Shown: positions 34,625 through 46,791 of the stretch, piece by piece | Layout: each line of letters begins with the position of its first letter | How positions within the stretch are numbered: the stretch's first letter is position 1 | Assembly: GCA_002269645.1 (NCBI GenBank) | Contig: NIVC01003577.1 | Coordinates: 26,161 to 90,160 of the forward strand | Reading direction: 5' to 3' | Length of the DNA: 64,000 bases | Source: Macrostomum lignano | Lineage: Eukaryota | Notes under the pieces: generated by a model | Databases searched by the model: none | The model's input: only the letters and a program-made list of their open reading frames with translations | Told to the model about the DNA's origin: nothing | Position numbers and translations under genes: made by a program

Positions 34625-35279
34625 CATATTACTGCCCAACCATATTATGCAGTCGTACTTACGCTCAGCAGACCAAAAAGATATGAAAATGAGATGAGAC
34701 TCCTTTGATCAGTTTCCATCACTCTCTTGCCCTACCCAATTCTTCAATTGCTACGACTTTTGCAGAGGGCTGACTGAGTCCCCAGCTTGAGCAACCTGTG
34801 CTCATCCGGTTCATGCAGGCGTGAAGTGACCCTCCCAGGCACACAAAAATATTTGCGCCATTCATATTTTTAGATGAAAGGCTACAGTGAGCTGAGGCAA
34901 GTGCGCATTCCTGCCTAAAGTACAATAATTTGTTGTCAAAAGAGAATTGAACTCTTCTCGATGGAAGCGAGTTGTCAAAAAATTACGACATTGATTCCAT
35001 CACTCGTAAAATCTAAGGATTAGTTTTTATCAGCTGTGTTTGTCTATCGAGTTCTGCTGCTGCTATCTGGGGCACGGATTTTTAGACATGTTTTTTTATT
35101 TCCCTCATCAATAAAATTCAACTCATTCGGTGTTGCTTCGCAGAGCTGCTATAAGGGCGATTCATGAGGGTTTGGGGAACGCTGCATGCGAGCTGCCTTA
35201 TTTCTGTTGTTATGCGTTTTGTGTCGAGAGTAGAATCAGTGTGGAGGGCTGGGTAACGTTGACGGGGTGACGTGGTGTC

Positions 35280-35612
35280 AGCGTGACATGGGTGACAGAG
35301 TGACAGGGTGACAGGGTGACAGTGTGACAGAGTGACAGATTGACAGAGTGACAGTGTGACAGAGTGACAGAGTGACAGTGTGACAGTGTGGCAGAGTGAC
35401 AGTGTGACAAAGTGACAGTGTGACAGTGTGACAGAGTGACAGTGTGACAGAGTGACAGTGTGACAGAGTGACAGTGTGACAGTGTGACAGAGTGACAGTG
35501 TGACAGAGTGACAGAGTGACAGAGTGACAGATTGACAGAGTGACAGAGTGATAGAGTGACAAAGTGACGGAGTGACAAAGTGACAGAGTGACAGAGTGAC
35601 AGAGTGACAGAG
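35280..35612. repeat. 8-bp (GAGTGACA/GTGTGACA) repeat
   Basis: Direct inspection. Confidence 0.93.
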
Positions 35613-36539
35613 GGAATGGATGACAGGGGGAAGGGTGACAGTGTGGCGAATTGAAGGAGTGAACAGGATGCTTGGGTCACGGATATAGCAGGGTCACTGA
35701 CAGGGTGACCGGCACCCCAGAGATAACAGTGCCTTGAATTCAAGGCCGCTCAGCAATGGCAGTCACCCAAGAGAAAAGAATTTACTCACCTCTTAACCGC
35801 AAAAGTCCCAGCAGCTAACAGTCAGTCTTACTGTTTTATAAATTTCTAAATTGGCTTAATATTTCTTCTTTAATAATTATTGACCTGTAGATTAATGACG
35901 GCGACGAAAAGGGATTTCCAAAAAAGAGAGTAGGAGAAGTAGATTAAATAATCTTCCCCAACAGAGGCATGATGATGAGGCAACAAAAAGAGGCTGGGAG
36001 GCGCTCAGACTTCAGGAAGTGCCGGTCTAAGGGGTAATCTATCTAGGATTAGACCGGTTCCAGAGACAGATCTGGGAGCACGAGACACACAGCGGGATAA
36101 ATTTCCCATAGAAGGCTAGCTTTTGGGATTTAAAATGCGGTGGTGGACGACTGCTCAGACCCAATCAGAATTGAGATCGGTCTACCCCCTCGATCCGACT
36201 CCCCCAATTCTTGAGGGAAATGAAGAATGAATCTTAATTGATAGTGGGGGATTCGCCTTTGTATCGCATTTTTTCCTTTCGCTTTGCTGAACTCCATGGG
36301 CTTTTGTTGATCTTATCTGACCAGCCGTTCGAGACGAGTCAGACAAATTTTTTTTACTAGCTTTATTATTTTCCAGAGGTTATTGTTGAGGAGATTGAAG
36401 TCAACTGGGTTTGGAGTCAGAGATTGGAAAACTGTGCAAGTTATGGAATTCAATGTACTGTGATGCTCACAATAGTATGAGACACTGAAGTGAGGCCGGG
36501 TCTGTGCAGGGATTGAAAAAATTTTCAGAAGAGAGAGGC

Positions 36540-37850
36540 AAGGGTCTGGAAAGGGAGGAAAAGGAAGGGTCCGGGAAGGGAGGAGATGGAAGGGTCTGGG
36601 AAGGGAGGAGATGGAAGGGAGGAGATGGAAGGGTCTGGGAAGGGAGGAGAGGGAAGGGAGGAGAGGGAAGGGAGAGAGGGAAGGGTCTGGGAAGGGAGGA
36701 GAGGGAAGGAAGAAGATGGAACGGAGGAGATGGAAGGGAGTAGATGGAAGGGAGGAGAGGGAAGGGAGGAGAGGGAAGGGAGGAGATGGAAGGGAGGAAA
36801 TGGAAGGGTCTGGGAAGGGAGGAGATGGAAGGGAGTAGATGGAAGGGAGGAGATGGAAGGGAGGAGAGGGAAGGAAGGAGATGGAACGGAGGAGATGGAA
36901 GGGAGTAGATGGAAGGGAGGAGATGGAAGGGAGGAGAGGGAAGGGAGGAGAGGGGAGGGAGGAGAGGGAAGGGAGGAGATGGAAGGGAGTAGATGTAAGG
37001 GAGGAGAGGGAAGGGAGTAGATGGAAGGGAGGAGAGGGTAGGGAGGAGATGGAAGGGAGAAGATGGAAGGGAGTAGATGGAAGGGAGGAGAGGGGAGGGA
37101 GGAGAGGGAAGGGAGGAGATGGAAGGGAGGAGATGGAAGGGAGGAGATGGAAGAGAGGAGATGGAAGGGAGGAGATGGAAGGGAGGAGATGGAAGGGAGG
37201 AGATGGAAGGGAGGAGATGGAAGGGAGGAGATGGAAGGGAGGAGATGGAAGGGAGGAGATGGAAGGGAGGAGAGGGAAGGGAGGAGAGGGAAGGGAGGAG
37301 ATGGAACGGAGGAGATGGAAGGGAGTAGATGTAAGGAAGGAGAGGGAAGGGAGGAGAGGGAAGGGAGGAGATGGAAGGGAGGAGATAGAAGGGAGAAGAT
37401 GGAAGGGAGTAGATGGAAGGGAGGAGAGGGGAGGGAGGAGAGGGAAGGGAGGAGATGGAAGGGAGTAGATGTAAGGGAGGAGAGGGAAGGGAGGAGAGGG
37501 AAGGGAGGAGATGGAAGGGAGGAGAGGGGAGGGAGGAGATGGAAGGGAGGAGAGGGGAGGGAGGAGATGGAAGAGAGGAGATGGAAGGGAGGAGATGGAA
37601 GGGAGGAGATGGAAGGGAGGAGATGGAAGGGAGGAGATGGAAGGGAGGAGATGGAAGGGAGGAGATGGAAGGGAGGAGATGGAAGGGAGGAGATGGAAGG
37701 GAGGAGATGGAAGGGAGGAGATGGAAGGGAGGAGATGGAAGGGAGGAGATGGAAGGGAGGAGATGGAAGGGAGGAGATGGAAGGGAGGAGATGGAAGGGA
37801 GGAGAGGGAAGGGAGGAGACGGAAGGGAGGAGAGGGAAGGGTCTCGAAGG
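36540..37850. repeat. Purine-rich 14-bp minisatellite (GGAAGGGAGGAGAT)
   Basis: Direct inspection. Confidence 0.96.
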
Positions 37851-38319
37851 GGAGGAGAACACTTCTAGAAAAAATGCAAAAATCAAATAAATTCACCAGC
37901 AAGAAAACTTATTTTTAGCTGATTTAACAGGTGTCATTGAGTAACTTTTTGACAAATTCCACTTGTTGATTGACAGCCATGAAAGCAAGGAATATTATTA
38001 GAAAATCGTACCCCTATTCTGACTTGTTGGAGCCACTGAAAATTGGAATTACTGAAGGCATGCCCATGTTACTGACAAGATGTTGCTAAATAATTTATGC
38101 TAAGCGCATAGAAAATGCGGGGAACCTGATCCTGTGTAAATCGATATTATTGTTCCAAGAATGATTTTTATAAAAGTACCTTTTTTAAAATAATGTTGTG
38201 TAAGATACGCGATCGATAAATTGAATATGCTGAAATATTGAACTGATAGGTAAGTTAGTAAATACATACATGTACATGTACATTTAAAGTAACTTGTGCC
38301 ACATCACTTTCTGACTAGA

Positions 38320-38820
38320 GAGAGAGGACAGAGTGACCAGATAGAACAGGGCAAAGTGACTAGATAGAGAGGACAGAGTGATCAGATAAAGACATGAGTG
38401 ATCAGAAAGAGAGGACGCGAGTGACCAAAAAGAGGAACAGAGTGACCCGATTGAAAAATACAGAGTGACCAGAAAGAGATGACAGGAGTGACCGGATAGA
38501 GAGGACGCGAGTTTCCAGATAAAAGAAGACAAAGTGACCAGACAGAAGAAAAGAGAGTGACCAGATAGGACAGGGCAAAGTGACCAGATAGAGAGGACAG
38601 GAGTGATTAGATAGTGAGGACAGGAGTGATTAGATAGAGAGGACAGGAGTGATTAGATAGAGAGGACAGGAGCGATTAGATAGAGAGGACAGGAGTGATT
38701 AGATAGAGAGGACAAGAGTGACAAGATAAAGATGGCATGCGTGATCAGATAGAGAGGACAGGAGTGCTCAGAAAGACAGGACAAGAGTGACAAGATAAAG
38801 ATGACAGAATGACGAAAAAG
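38320..38820. repeat. Degenerate ~22-24-bp repeat (GAGTGACCAGATAGAGAGGACA-like)
   Basis: Direct inspection. Confidence 0.8.
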
Positions 38821-40310
38821 GACAGAGTGAACAATGGATAAAGTGGCTTAAGAGCTTATATAGAGCAGCTCGCAAGCGACACAGCAAACTGCAGATTACA
38901 TAGAGAACCCCAGAATCGGCATGTCAAGGAAAGCGAAGGAGCAAGAAAACTAAAGCAAAAAGAGGAAGCCAGTGTAGCATTAATTCTTCTAGACAAAACT
39001 GGTCTAATAAAATCAAGCGGCACTACTCCTGCTCGCGTTTCCGCGCGCGTCTTTGACTCGAACGTTTTTTGCGAGTAAATTTTATTTGCAACGGAAAGAA
39101 TATCCGGGACGTTGGACGGCGAGAGAAAAACAGAGGAAAAACGTGCAGGGAAGAGGCCCTGCTACGGGAGCTTTCTGTCATTGATTGTCCCTTGAAGTGA
39201 CCAAACTCAAGGAGACCACCAAGAGCTCCGCGGGCTAATTGCATATCGGATCGAGGGGAGAATTTTCCTCACTGCCCGCGGCTAATTCAATTCCGGAAAC
39301 TGCGTTTTGCGTTGGCTTCCGAGTTTTGAGGCGCCGTGAATTGTTTGATAAACAGAGTGCTCAAAGGATGATGGACGCTGAGCTGCGTCAATCAATGTCA
39401 CGAGCCCGCGTTGATCAGCTGACGACACTTCTCACGTGATATGAGAATTTGGGGTTTATATGCGTCATAAAAATGGTTGATTAGCTAGTTGGATAAAAAG
39501 AGGAAAACTATAGGGGATCAATTTATCTCTAAGCCACTAAAGCACGGCTGGGAGTGTAGCAACGCTTTTTACATGAGTGCGTTTCGTTTATAAAATTGGG
39601 ACTCTATGTTAATTTTTTATTCTACGTACAATTGCATATGTCCTGTATCTAAATTTTTTTTAAAATGTCTCATTGGTTATATGAATCTATTTTGTCATTC
39701 TTAGCGGACTGTGTAACGATGTGTGTAACAGACATGATATAGATATAGAATAGACGTCATTGCTTAATATAGATTAAATTACAGCAAGGTTATTTTTCAA
39801 TGTCTCACACTGTCAGCTCATTATTCGACCTCCAAAACCATAGGCACAATCTGCCATTGTGGTAACTTTTGGTATTTGTTTTCATTTGCTCCTCAATGCA
39901 GCTTTGACTGGCCCATTCGACGATTCATTATTTTCTCAGTTAATTGAGTTCAATGAGAATCGAGGAAAAACAAAAATTAGATGCATAAAACGAGGCAAGC
40001 AGTGTTAGCATGCACGTTGACATCTACCAATCCAATACTGTATACTACTATTTCTATGTGTTCAAAATAATCTTAGTTGTTTATTTTACAGCAGACACAT
40101 TTCGTACGCTTGTGAATCCGCATTCACAGAATAAGCTATAATTAAAATCACTACTACTGATCTTAAGCTGAATAAAAATACGGCAGGCGTAATTTTTCAG
40201 CAAAAAAATCACTTTAAAAACCATCAGCCAAGTCGTTGGTAAAAAAGCTAGAATTGAAATCAGCAGTTTGGATATACGCTCGTATTATACATTCACTGTG
40301 CATGTGCGTC

Positions 40311-41032
40311 TTATAGCAGGACTACCCGAGCGGTGAACGAGCTCCCATCAGGCAGGTCGCGCAGCTGGTCCAGGCCGATCCCAGCCGGTGCCACAAACTC
40401 AAGCGACTCCCGTTCCTCATCTCCAACAGGCTCGGGTCTATCCAGCATCCGCAGCTGATCGGCCGGAAGTTGGTCCGGAATAAGAGTCGCTGAGATCCGT
40501 TCCGGAAGCTGCCAGCGGCTGTCAGGAGAAAAAACATCGACTCTGACAGCCGACCGGAACGGCCACCGCAGAGTTCGGTCATGCGGCGTCGGTCGCAGCC
40601 GCAGCCGGAAGCGAAACTCGGCGTCAATCGGAGACTCAGCTGTGCCAGCCGGGGTCCGCAGCCACCAGGTCCGGGATGCTCAGCTCCCACACGGACATCA
40701 CCCGCTCATTTGTAAGTCTCCTCGAGATGATGCAGCCTCTGCTTGAGTCCTTCGATTTCCAGCTGATTATGATGAATTTCTTGTCGGTATTGACGGATTT
40801 GCCGATGGTTTTGATCAATTTCCTGTTGGTTTTGCTCGCACTTCTGCTCCAAGTGAGCGACTCGGTCTTGAAGGCTGCGCAGTCTATCGTTTATCAAACG
40901 CAGGTGTTCATGTCTGACATCTGAGGACCCGTAGTGCTGCGTCTCTGACTGCCTGCTTCCGGTCACAAATGGACAGCCGACCTCGTAGAAGTCGCAACGG
41001 TACTCCCCTGCCGGCGTCTGAGCAGACGTCAT
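40311..41032 (-). CDS. TRAF-like protein (TRAF-type Zn finger, coiled coil, divergent MATH domain); two +1 indels as assembled
   Basis: CDFYEVGCPF...H...EHL Zn finger and heptad coiled coil (ORF 40706-41032). Removing one A from AAA (~40709) and one C from CCCC (~40652) restores a 239-aa frame containing SVWELSIP...FRFRLRL...HDRTLRWPF (the TRAF MATH DxxLxWPF motif). Confidence 0.7.
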
Positions 41033-41339
41033 TGAATTCGAAAACTAGATTTTAGTGCTCAGCTACGGATATTTTTTTGCTAGCAACCTTTTATGAAAAA
41101 TTTAAAAAGTTTAAAAAGACTACAACTAATAAAAGATGATGAAGGGTAAAAATATGATGAAGAGCCAGAAGATAAGCATAGTTGAAAGTGCGCATACTAT
41201 CTAGAACGCTCGTTTAAACTACTACAGAAATCTTATTCTACCGGTATTAAGAGAGTTCTTAACTCACTTAGCTCACTTAGCCCAGGGCTTACCTGCCTGC
41301 TCTCTCTCTTCTGATCTCCTTGCTTCGCTCTCTCATCTG

Positions 41340-41780
41340 AGCCCTCAAGGTGTTACCGCCATTCTTCCATGAGAACGCCGAAGCATGGTTTCAGGTGATT
41401 TAAACACATAGTTCGAGCCCCGGCACATCACCTTCGAGGTAACCCTCGGAAGCAGTCATAACGAGTATCAAACACGGAGCCCTTTTATCCAGGTCAACGA
41501 TCAGTCGTCCGCAAAGGACATCACTACTACAGTCACGCACATGCAGGCGATGGTTCCAACTCGTCAACCAGCCCCGCATTCTGGGCTCTAACGAGAGAAC
41601 TCCAGTGCAATCCCGCTCCAACTTGCCAGATCGTCAGGCCTTGGAAAACTTCCAGGCACTATACTCATGGGGCTGCAGCAAACACAGCACAAGCCTTGTC
41701 TCATGCTCGTTCTCCTCTTTGATGCGCGTCGCCTATCACCATGGGATACAGGTTTATACAATCTGGATTTATACTGAGTA
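41340..41780 (+). mobile_element. Decayed LTR-retrotransposon gag-like remnant
   Basis: ALKVLPPFFHENAEAWFQV resembles the gypsy gag LPxFWxxxPxxWF motif; downstream frames are disrupted. Confidence 0.35.
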
Positions 41781-41825
41781 GTCAACTGAGCAAATACTCA
41801 GCGTTGAAGTGGCTGAGGACAGCTG

Positions 41826-42547
41826 GGTGTCAGAGACAGAGTGTCATGCGTAGTGTCAGATACAGAGTGTCATACGTAGTGTCAGATACAGGGTGGCATG
41901 CGTAGTGTCAGAGACAGGGTGTCATACGTAGTGTCAGATACAGGGTGGCATGCGTAGTGTCAGAGACAGGGTGTCATACGTAGTGTCAGAGACAGGGTGT
42001 CATACGTAGTGTCAGAGACAGAGTGTCATACGTAGTGTCAGAGACAGGGTGTCATACGTAGTGTCAGAGACAGAGTGTCATGCGTAGTGTCAGAGACAGG
42101 GTGTCATACGTAGTGTCAGAGACAGAGTGTCATACGTAGTGTCAGAGACAGAGTGTCATACGTAGTGTCAGAGACAGGGTGTCATACGTAGTGTCAGATA
42201 CAGGGTGTCATACGTAGTCAGAGACAGGGTGTCATACGTAGTGTCAGAGACAGGGTGTCATACGTAGTGTCAGATACAGGGTGTCATACGTAGTCAGAGA
42301 CAGGGTGTCATACGTAGTGTCAGAGACAGGGTGTCATACGTAGTGTCAGATACAGGGTGTCATGCGTAGTGTCAGAGACAGGGTGTCATACGTAGTGTCA
42401 GAGACAGAGTGTCATACGTAGTGTCAGAGACAGAGTGTCATACGTAGTGTCAGAGACAGGGTGTCATACGTAGTGTCAGAGACAGGGTGTCATACGTAGT
42501 GTCAGAGACAGGGTGTCATACGTAGTGTCAGAGACAGAGTGTCATAC
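41826..42547. repeat. 26-bp minisatellite (GTGTCAGAGACAGGGTGTCATACGTA)
   Basis: Direct inspection. Confidence 0.96.
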
Positions 42548-42801
42548 TAATGTTTCTTACTTTCTACTTAATATTGCATCAGTAGTGTACCCCGACTATA
42601 TACACAATTTTCGTCTAGTTCTGCATTCTAGTTGCATTACACAGCGCAAGGAAATGTGCATGAATACTCTCGTACGCGTATGCGCTCAAAATAGAACTTT
42701 CTTCCTTCTTTATTTAATGACAGTGCAGTCTTCTGAGCACATTGGCAGACAGTAGTTGTCCCAACTGCAGCTCAGGACTGAAACATTGATTGTTGCGTGA
42801 A

Positions 42802-42810
42802 CTTCTTTTC
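42802..42810 (+). promoter_or_regulatory. TCT initiator / 5'-TOP-like tract of the RPS27 gene
   Basis: CTTCTTTTC 32 nt upstream of the ATG fits the YYC(+1)TTTYY motif typical of ribosomal protein genes. Confidence 0.5.
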
Positions 42811-42841
42811 AAGCAAAGCTCCGCTAGTGTCGCAAAGCGCC

Positions 42842-42956
42842 ATGCCCCGGGCCAAGGACCTCCTGCACCCGTCGCTCAGTCAGGAGAAGAGGCGACATAA
42901 GAAGAAGAGGCTGGTGCAGTCGCCAAACTCGAAATTCTTCGATGTCAAGTGTCCAG
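42842..42956 (+). CDS. RPS27: 40S ribosomal protein S27 (eS27), exon 1
   Basis: [38 protein letters not shown]; donor CCAG|GTGGGC, phase 1. Confidence 0.95.
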
Positions 42957-43084
42957 GTGGGCTTGGCCGACCTTGCTGTAACCATTCCCTGCTTCCTGTA
43001 ATGTATGAAAGCTATGAAGCAATACTTGAATCCTTGGAAATCCTTGGGAGTTAAGGAGAACATGAAGCCCTTAATCCGTTTCTT

Positions 43085-43741
43085 TCTCTGGGAGAGCCGA
43101 AGCATTGTCATGAGTCCCATTCTGATCCGTCACTCTGGGAGAACCGCAGAATTGTCATGAGTCCCTTTCTGATCCGTCACTCTGGGAGACCCGAAGCATT
43201 GTCATGAGTCCCTTTCTGATCCGTCACTCTGGGAGAACCGCAGAATTGTCATGAGTCCCTTTCTGATCCGTCACTCTGGGAGAGCCGCAGAATTGTCATG
43301 AGTCCCTTTCTGATCCGTCACTCTGGGAGAGCCGAAGCATTGTCATGAGTCCCTTACTAATCCGTCACTCTGGGAGAGCCGAAGCATTGTCATGAGTCCC
43401 TTTCTGATCCGTCACTCTGGGAGAGCCGAAGCATTGTCATGAGTCCCATTCTGATCCGTCACTCTGGGAGAGCCGAAGCATTGTCATGAGGCCATTTCTG
43501 ATCCGTCACTCTGGGAGAACCGCAGAATTTTCATGAGTGCCTTTCTGATCCGTCACTCTGGGAGAGCCGAAGCATTGTCATGAGTCCCTTCTGATTCGTC
43601 ACTCTGGGAGAGCCAAAGCATTGTCATGAGTCCCTTACTGATCCGTCACTCTGGGAGAGCCGAAGCATTGTCATGAGTCCCTTCTGATCTGTCACTCTGG
43701 GAGAGCCGAAGCATTGTCATGAGTCCCTTTCTGATCCGTCA
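43085..43741. repeat. 47-bp minisatellite filling the RPS27 intron
   Basis: CTGATCCGTCACTCTGGGAGAGCCGAAGCATTGTCATGAGTCCCTTT; period 47 measured at 43122 and 43169. Confidence 0.96.
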
Positions 43742-43761
43742 GCTGCTACCCCTATTCGCAG

Positions 43762-43901
43762 GCTGTCTGAAGGTGAGCACGGTGTTCTCACACGCCCAGA
43801 CGGTGGTGGTCTGCTCAGGCTGCAGCACTGTGCTGTGCCGGCCAACTGGAGGCAAGGTCTGCCTCACCGAGGGCTGCTCATTCCGAGTCAAAGCCTACTG
43901 A
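43762..43901 (+). CDS. RPS27: 40S ribosomal protein S27 (eS27), exon 2
   Basis: Acceptor TTCGCAG|GC; [46 protein letters not shown]; total 84 aa, CxxC...CxxC intact. Confidence 0.95.
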
Positions 43902-44914
43902 TTGATGACTCTGGATGCCACCTGTCAGAACCAAAGAGCAAAATTGACGGTTGACGCGAATGTTTTTCATTGTCGTCTATACGAGTAACCTTCTGCCAAA
44001 CAGCTGCTGTAATTACAACATATTTAATCGTAAAAATGTCACTTAAAATTTTGCAACGCAAATATAATCACAGAAATTTCATCAGTGCGCACTTCACCAC
44101 TTTATATATACAGCTCATATTCTTTTTTTACTGCATTGTTCATAATTTCAACTGAAGTAGAATTTTATTCTCCTGTTTAAAAAATAAACCGCCGCTACTA
44201 AATTTTTAATAATTTTGTCTGTCATATTTTGTTATTTTTTCTTTTAAAACGCAAAACGTACTAACTATACTACTCAGTTTTTATACTCAGTAATGAGACC
44301 GGTAAATACTCAACCTTGAATTGTCTGAAGCTGGTTGTGAGTGTCAAAGTCAGGGTGTCCCGGTGTTACAAGTTGGGTGTCAAGGCGTCAGACACAGGGT
44401 GCCGGAAGTGCCAGGGTCAGTGTCAGGAATTCACACAGTCACCCAAAATGCACTATTCCAGCCACTTACTACTTGCAGTAGTGCGTGCCAGCCGGGGGGC
44501 AACAGCAAAGAAAATACATTGAAAGGCTTGAACCCAAATTAACACACAACTCGCGTCAAAAAGAAGATCAGTCTGTCAGTTTTATTTTTTAATTCTCTAA
44601 GCGAATTTACTAGCTCGTCCTTGAGTTTATTATACGATTAGGTACGTTCGAATTTTGATATTATAATAAAAAAATAATAATTTTTAATATACTATTATTT
44701 TCAATATCTCGTATTTTCAACTGGAAGAAACTCGACTCCGTCGATCATTATAAAACCGGCTGGAGGAAATCTACAACTCGTTACGAAATACAAACTCCGC
44801 ACAAGGTGAATATCGAGAGAACATACAATATTGTGTTCTGTGTAGAATACTGGAAACAGAGTCAAGATTTTTGTAAGGAATATAAAAAAGTTCAAGCGGG
44901 GATTCTTTCCCTCT

Positions 44915-45075
44915 GCGTCTATCTTTCTGTCTGTCTTTCTGTTTGTCTGTCTGTCTGCCTGTCTATCTCCCTGTCTGTCTGTCTATCTGTCTATTTCCCT
45001 GTCTGTCTGTCTACCTCCCTGTCTGTCTGTCTGCCTGTCCATCTCCTTCTCTGTCTGTCTGTGTGTCTGTCTGTG

Positions 45076-45124
<49 letters not shown>
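44915..45124. repeat. (TCTG)n microsatellite
   Basis: Direct inspection. Confidence 0.95.
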
Positions 45125-45126
<2 letters not shown>

Positions 45127-45666
45127 GGTGGGTCCTCGCTAAAAGCGGTGACGGCATGTCTGTCGGGCACCATCGCCTGCTCCATGAAGATGGCCTCGCT
45201 AAAGAGGCTGCACCGCGCCGTCGGGCTGACTGGCAGCGGCTGCTGACTTACGCAGGTGCTCAGCACCTTCTCCAGGCCGCGCTTTCCCGGCTCCTCGCTG
45301 AACATCGATCTGTAGCCTCGTCTTGAAGCTTCAGTCGTTTCAGCCACCTCGGCGTAGGCATTCAACAGGCGCGTCTCCTCGGTGGCCTCCAACCGACAGC
45401 GTCGAAGGATTCCCGTATCGGAGCGGGCGTTGCCATGATCGAATCCTTCGAGTTCCTCATCGGACGTGTGAGATGCCCCAAGCAACGGCAGCATCGCCGC
45501 GTGGTCCATCGGCGACTGTGTGGCCGGGTGACCGCCGGTCTGCTGACGTCTGCGTCGTTCTGAGAGCCAGGCGTCGCACCAGTTCCAGAGTCGCCAGGCG
45601 ATCACGGCTAGTAGGAGCCCCGTGCTGGCCAGGAGGAATGTCTCGGCGAGGCTCAGAGCTGTGAAC
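45123..45666 (-). CDS. Uncharacterised protein with an N-terminal TM helix, terminal exon
   Basis: Acceptor GCACGCAG|G; [29 protein letters not shown]...; GC-rich open frame to the stop at 45123. Confidence 0.6.
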
Positions 45667-46219
45667 CTGCGTGCGCGAGATTTTTTAGAATCAGGCTAGT
45701 TCGTGTGCGTAGTGCTTAGTGCTCAAATTGTTATTGGTTGACAACTACCCTCGTATTGAGGTCAGAACGGCATCTTGCAATTATTTATCACACCATGGGT
45801 GTCCATTTTCACCATTGATTGCGACAGGAACATCATTACGCAGATATGGGCGTCTATTTTTTACATCATTATTGGACGAGAAAATCATCACCGCGATATG
45901 ACTATATTGTCCATTATAAGGACAGGAGCATCATCACACGGTGTCCAATGTTCATCATTGGAACAGGAGCATCCTAACACGGAAATTTATATCCATTGTC
46001 CACCATTTGGACATTAAAATCATCACAAGGTATGGATGTCCATTGTCTATTATAATTGGGACAGGAATTACATCATCACATGGAAATGGGGTTAATAGTC
46101 CAATTATAAAGGACCGGATCATCATCACAGGGGTGCCCAATGTCCACCATTGGGACCAAGGAACATCATCACACAAGGTATGGGGACGGGGTGTCCATTT
46201 ATCCATCATTTGTTGGGAT

Positions 46220-46616
46220 CAGGGGCGTCGCCAACGGGGGGACAGGGGGGACATGTCCCCCTAGTAAAAGATCTGGGGGCCCGTACATGCCAGTGCTTTG
46301 TCCCCCACCCCACCTTGAAATCAATAATGTTTCTGCATGGCGACAAAACATAGCGCCTACGGCGCTAAAATGAGTGCCTGCGGCGCTAAAATGAGTGCCT
46401 ACGGCGCTAAAATGAGTGCCTGCGGCGCTAAAATGAGTGCCTGCGGCGCTAAAATGAGTGCCTGCGGCGCTAAAATGAGTGCCTGCGGCGCTAAAATGAG
46501 TGCCTACGGCGCTAAAGTGAGTACTCTTGGCGCTAAAATGAGTAGGATGTAGGATTCTAAAATATAGAATTCTTGGCTTTGTCCCCCCCACCATAAAATC
46601 CATGGCGACGTCCCTG
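46220..46616. mobile_element. hAT-type MITE, 397 bp
   Basis: 14-bp TIR CAGGGGCGTCGCCA / TGGCGACGTCCCTG (1 mismatch); 8-bp TSD GTTGGGAT at 46212-46219 and 46617-46624; internal 21-bp tandem array GGCGCTAAAATGAGTGCCTGC. Confidence 0.92.
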
Positions 46617-46774
46617 GTTGGGATAGAAACATTCACATGGATAATGGGGGGTCAATTTTCTGCCATGATGTACACGATACGGATATGTACTTGCCCACAT
46701 TAGGACTTGACCCGCGAAACCTATACTACATTGGAAATTTGTAAGACACAAAGTCATTATCAACAAACACTTAC

Positions 46775-46791
46775 CATTTTTCATCAGCCAT
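46775..46791 (-). CDS. Candidate 17-nt first coding exon of the TM gene (MADEKW)
   Basis: ATGGCTGATGAAAAATG|GTAAGT is a perfect phase-2 donor, compatible with the phase-2 acceptor at 45666 (186-aa model). Confidence 0.4.

Noticed and set aside
35990-36230. Short inverted repeats (CCGGTCTAA...TTAGACCGG; GAATTG...CAATTC) as a structured ncRNA
   Set aside because: The stems are short and isolated, with no second copy or recognisable motif to support them.
40630-40720. Programmed ribosomal frameshifting in the TRAF-like gene
   Set aside because: There is no slippery heptamer or stimulatory structure; two +1 homopolymer insertions explain it more simply.
43085-43741. Regular 47-bp repeats (and the 26-, 32-, 45- and 74-bp arrays) as CRISPR-like arrays
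   Set aside because: Units are head-to-tail with no unique spacers, the context is eukaryotic and there are no cas genes.
43085-43741. snoRNA in the ribosomal protein intron (CTGA boxes)
   Set aside because: CTGA is part of the tandem unit; there is no RUGAUGA C box with a terminal stem and no H/ACA structure.
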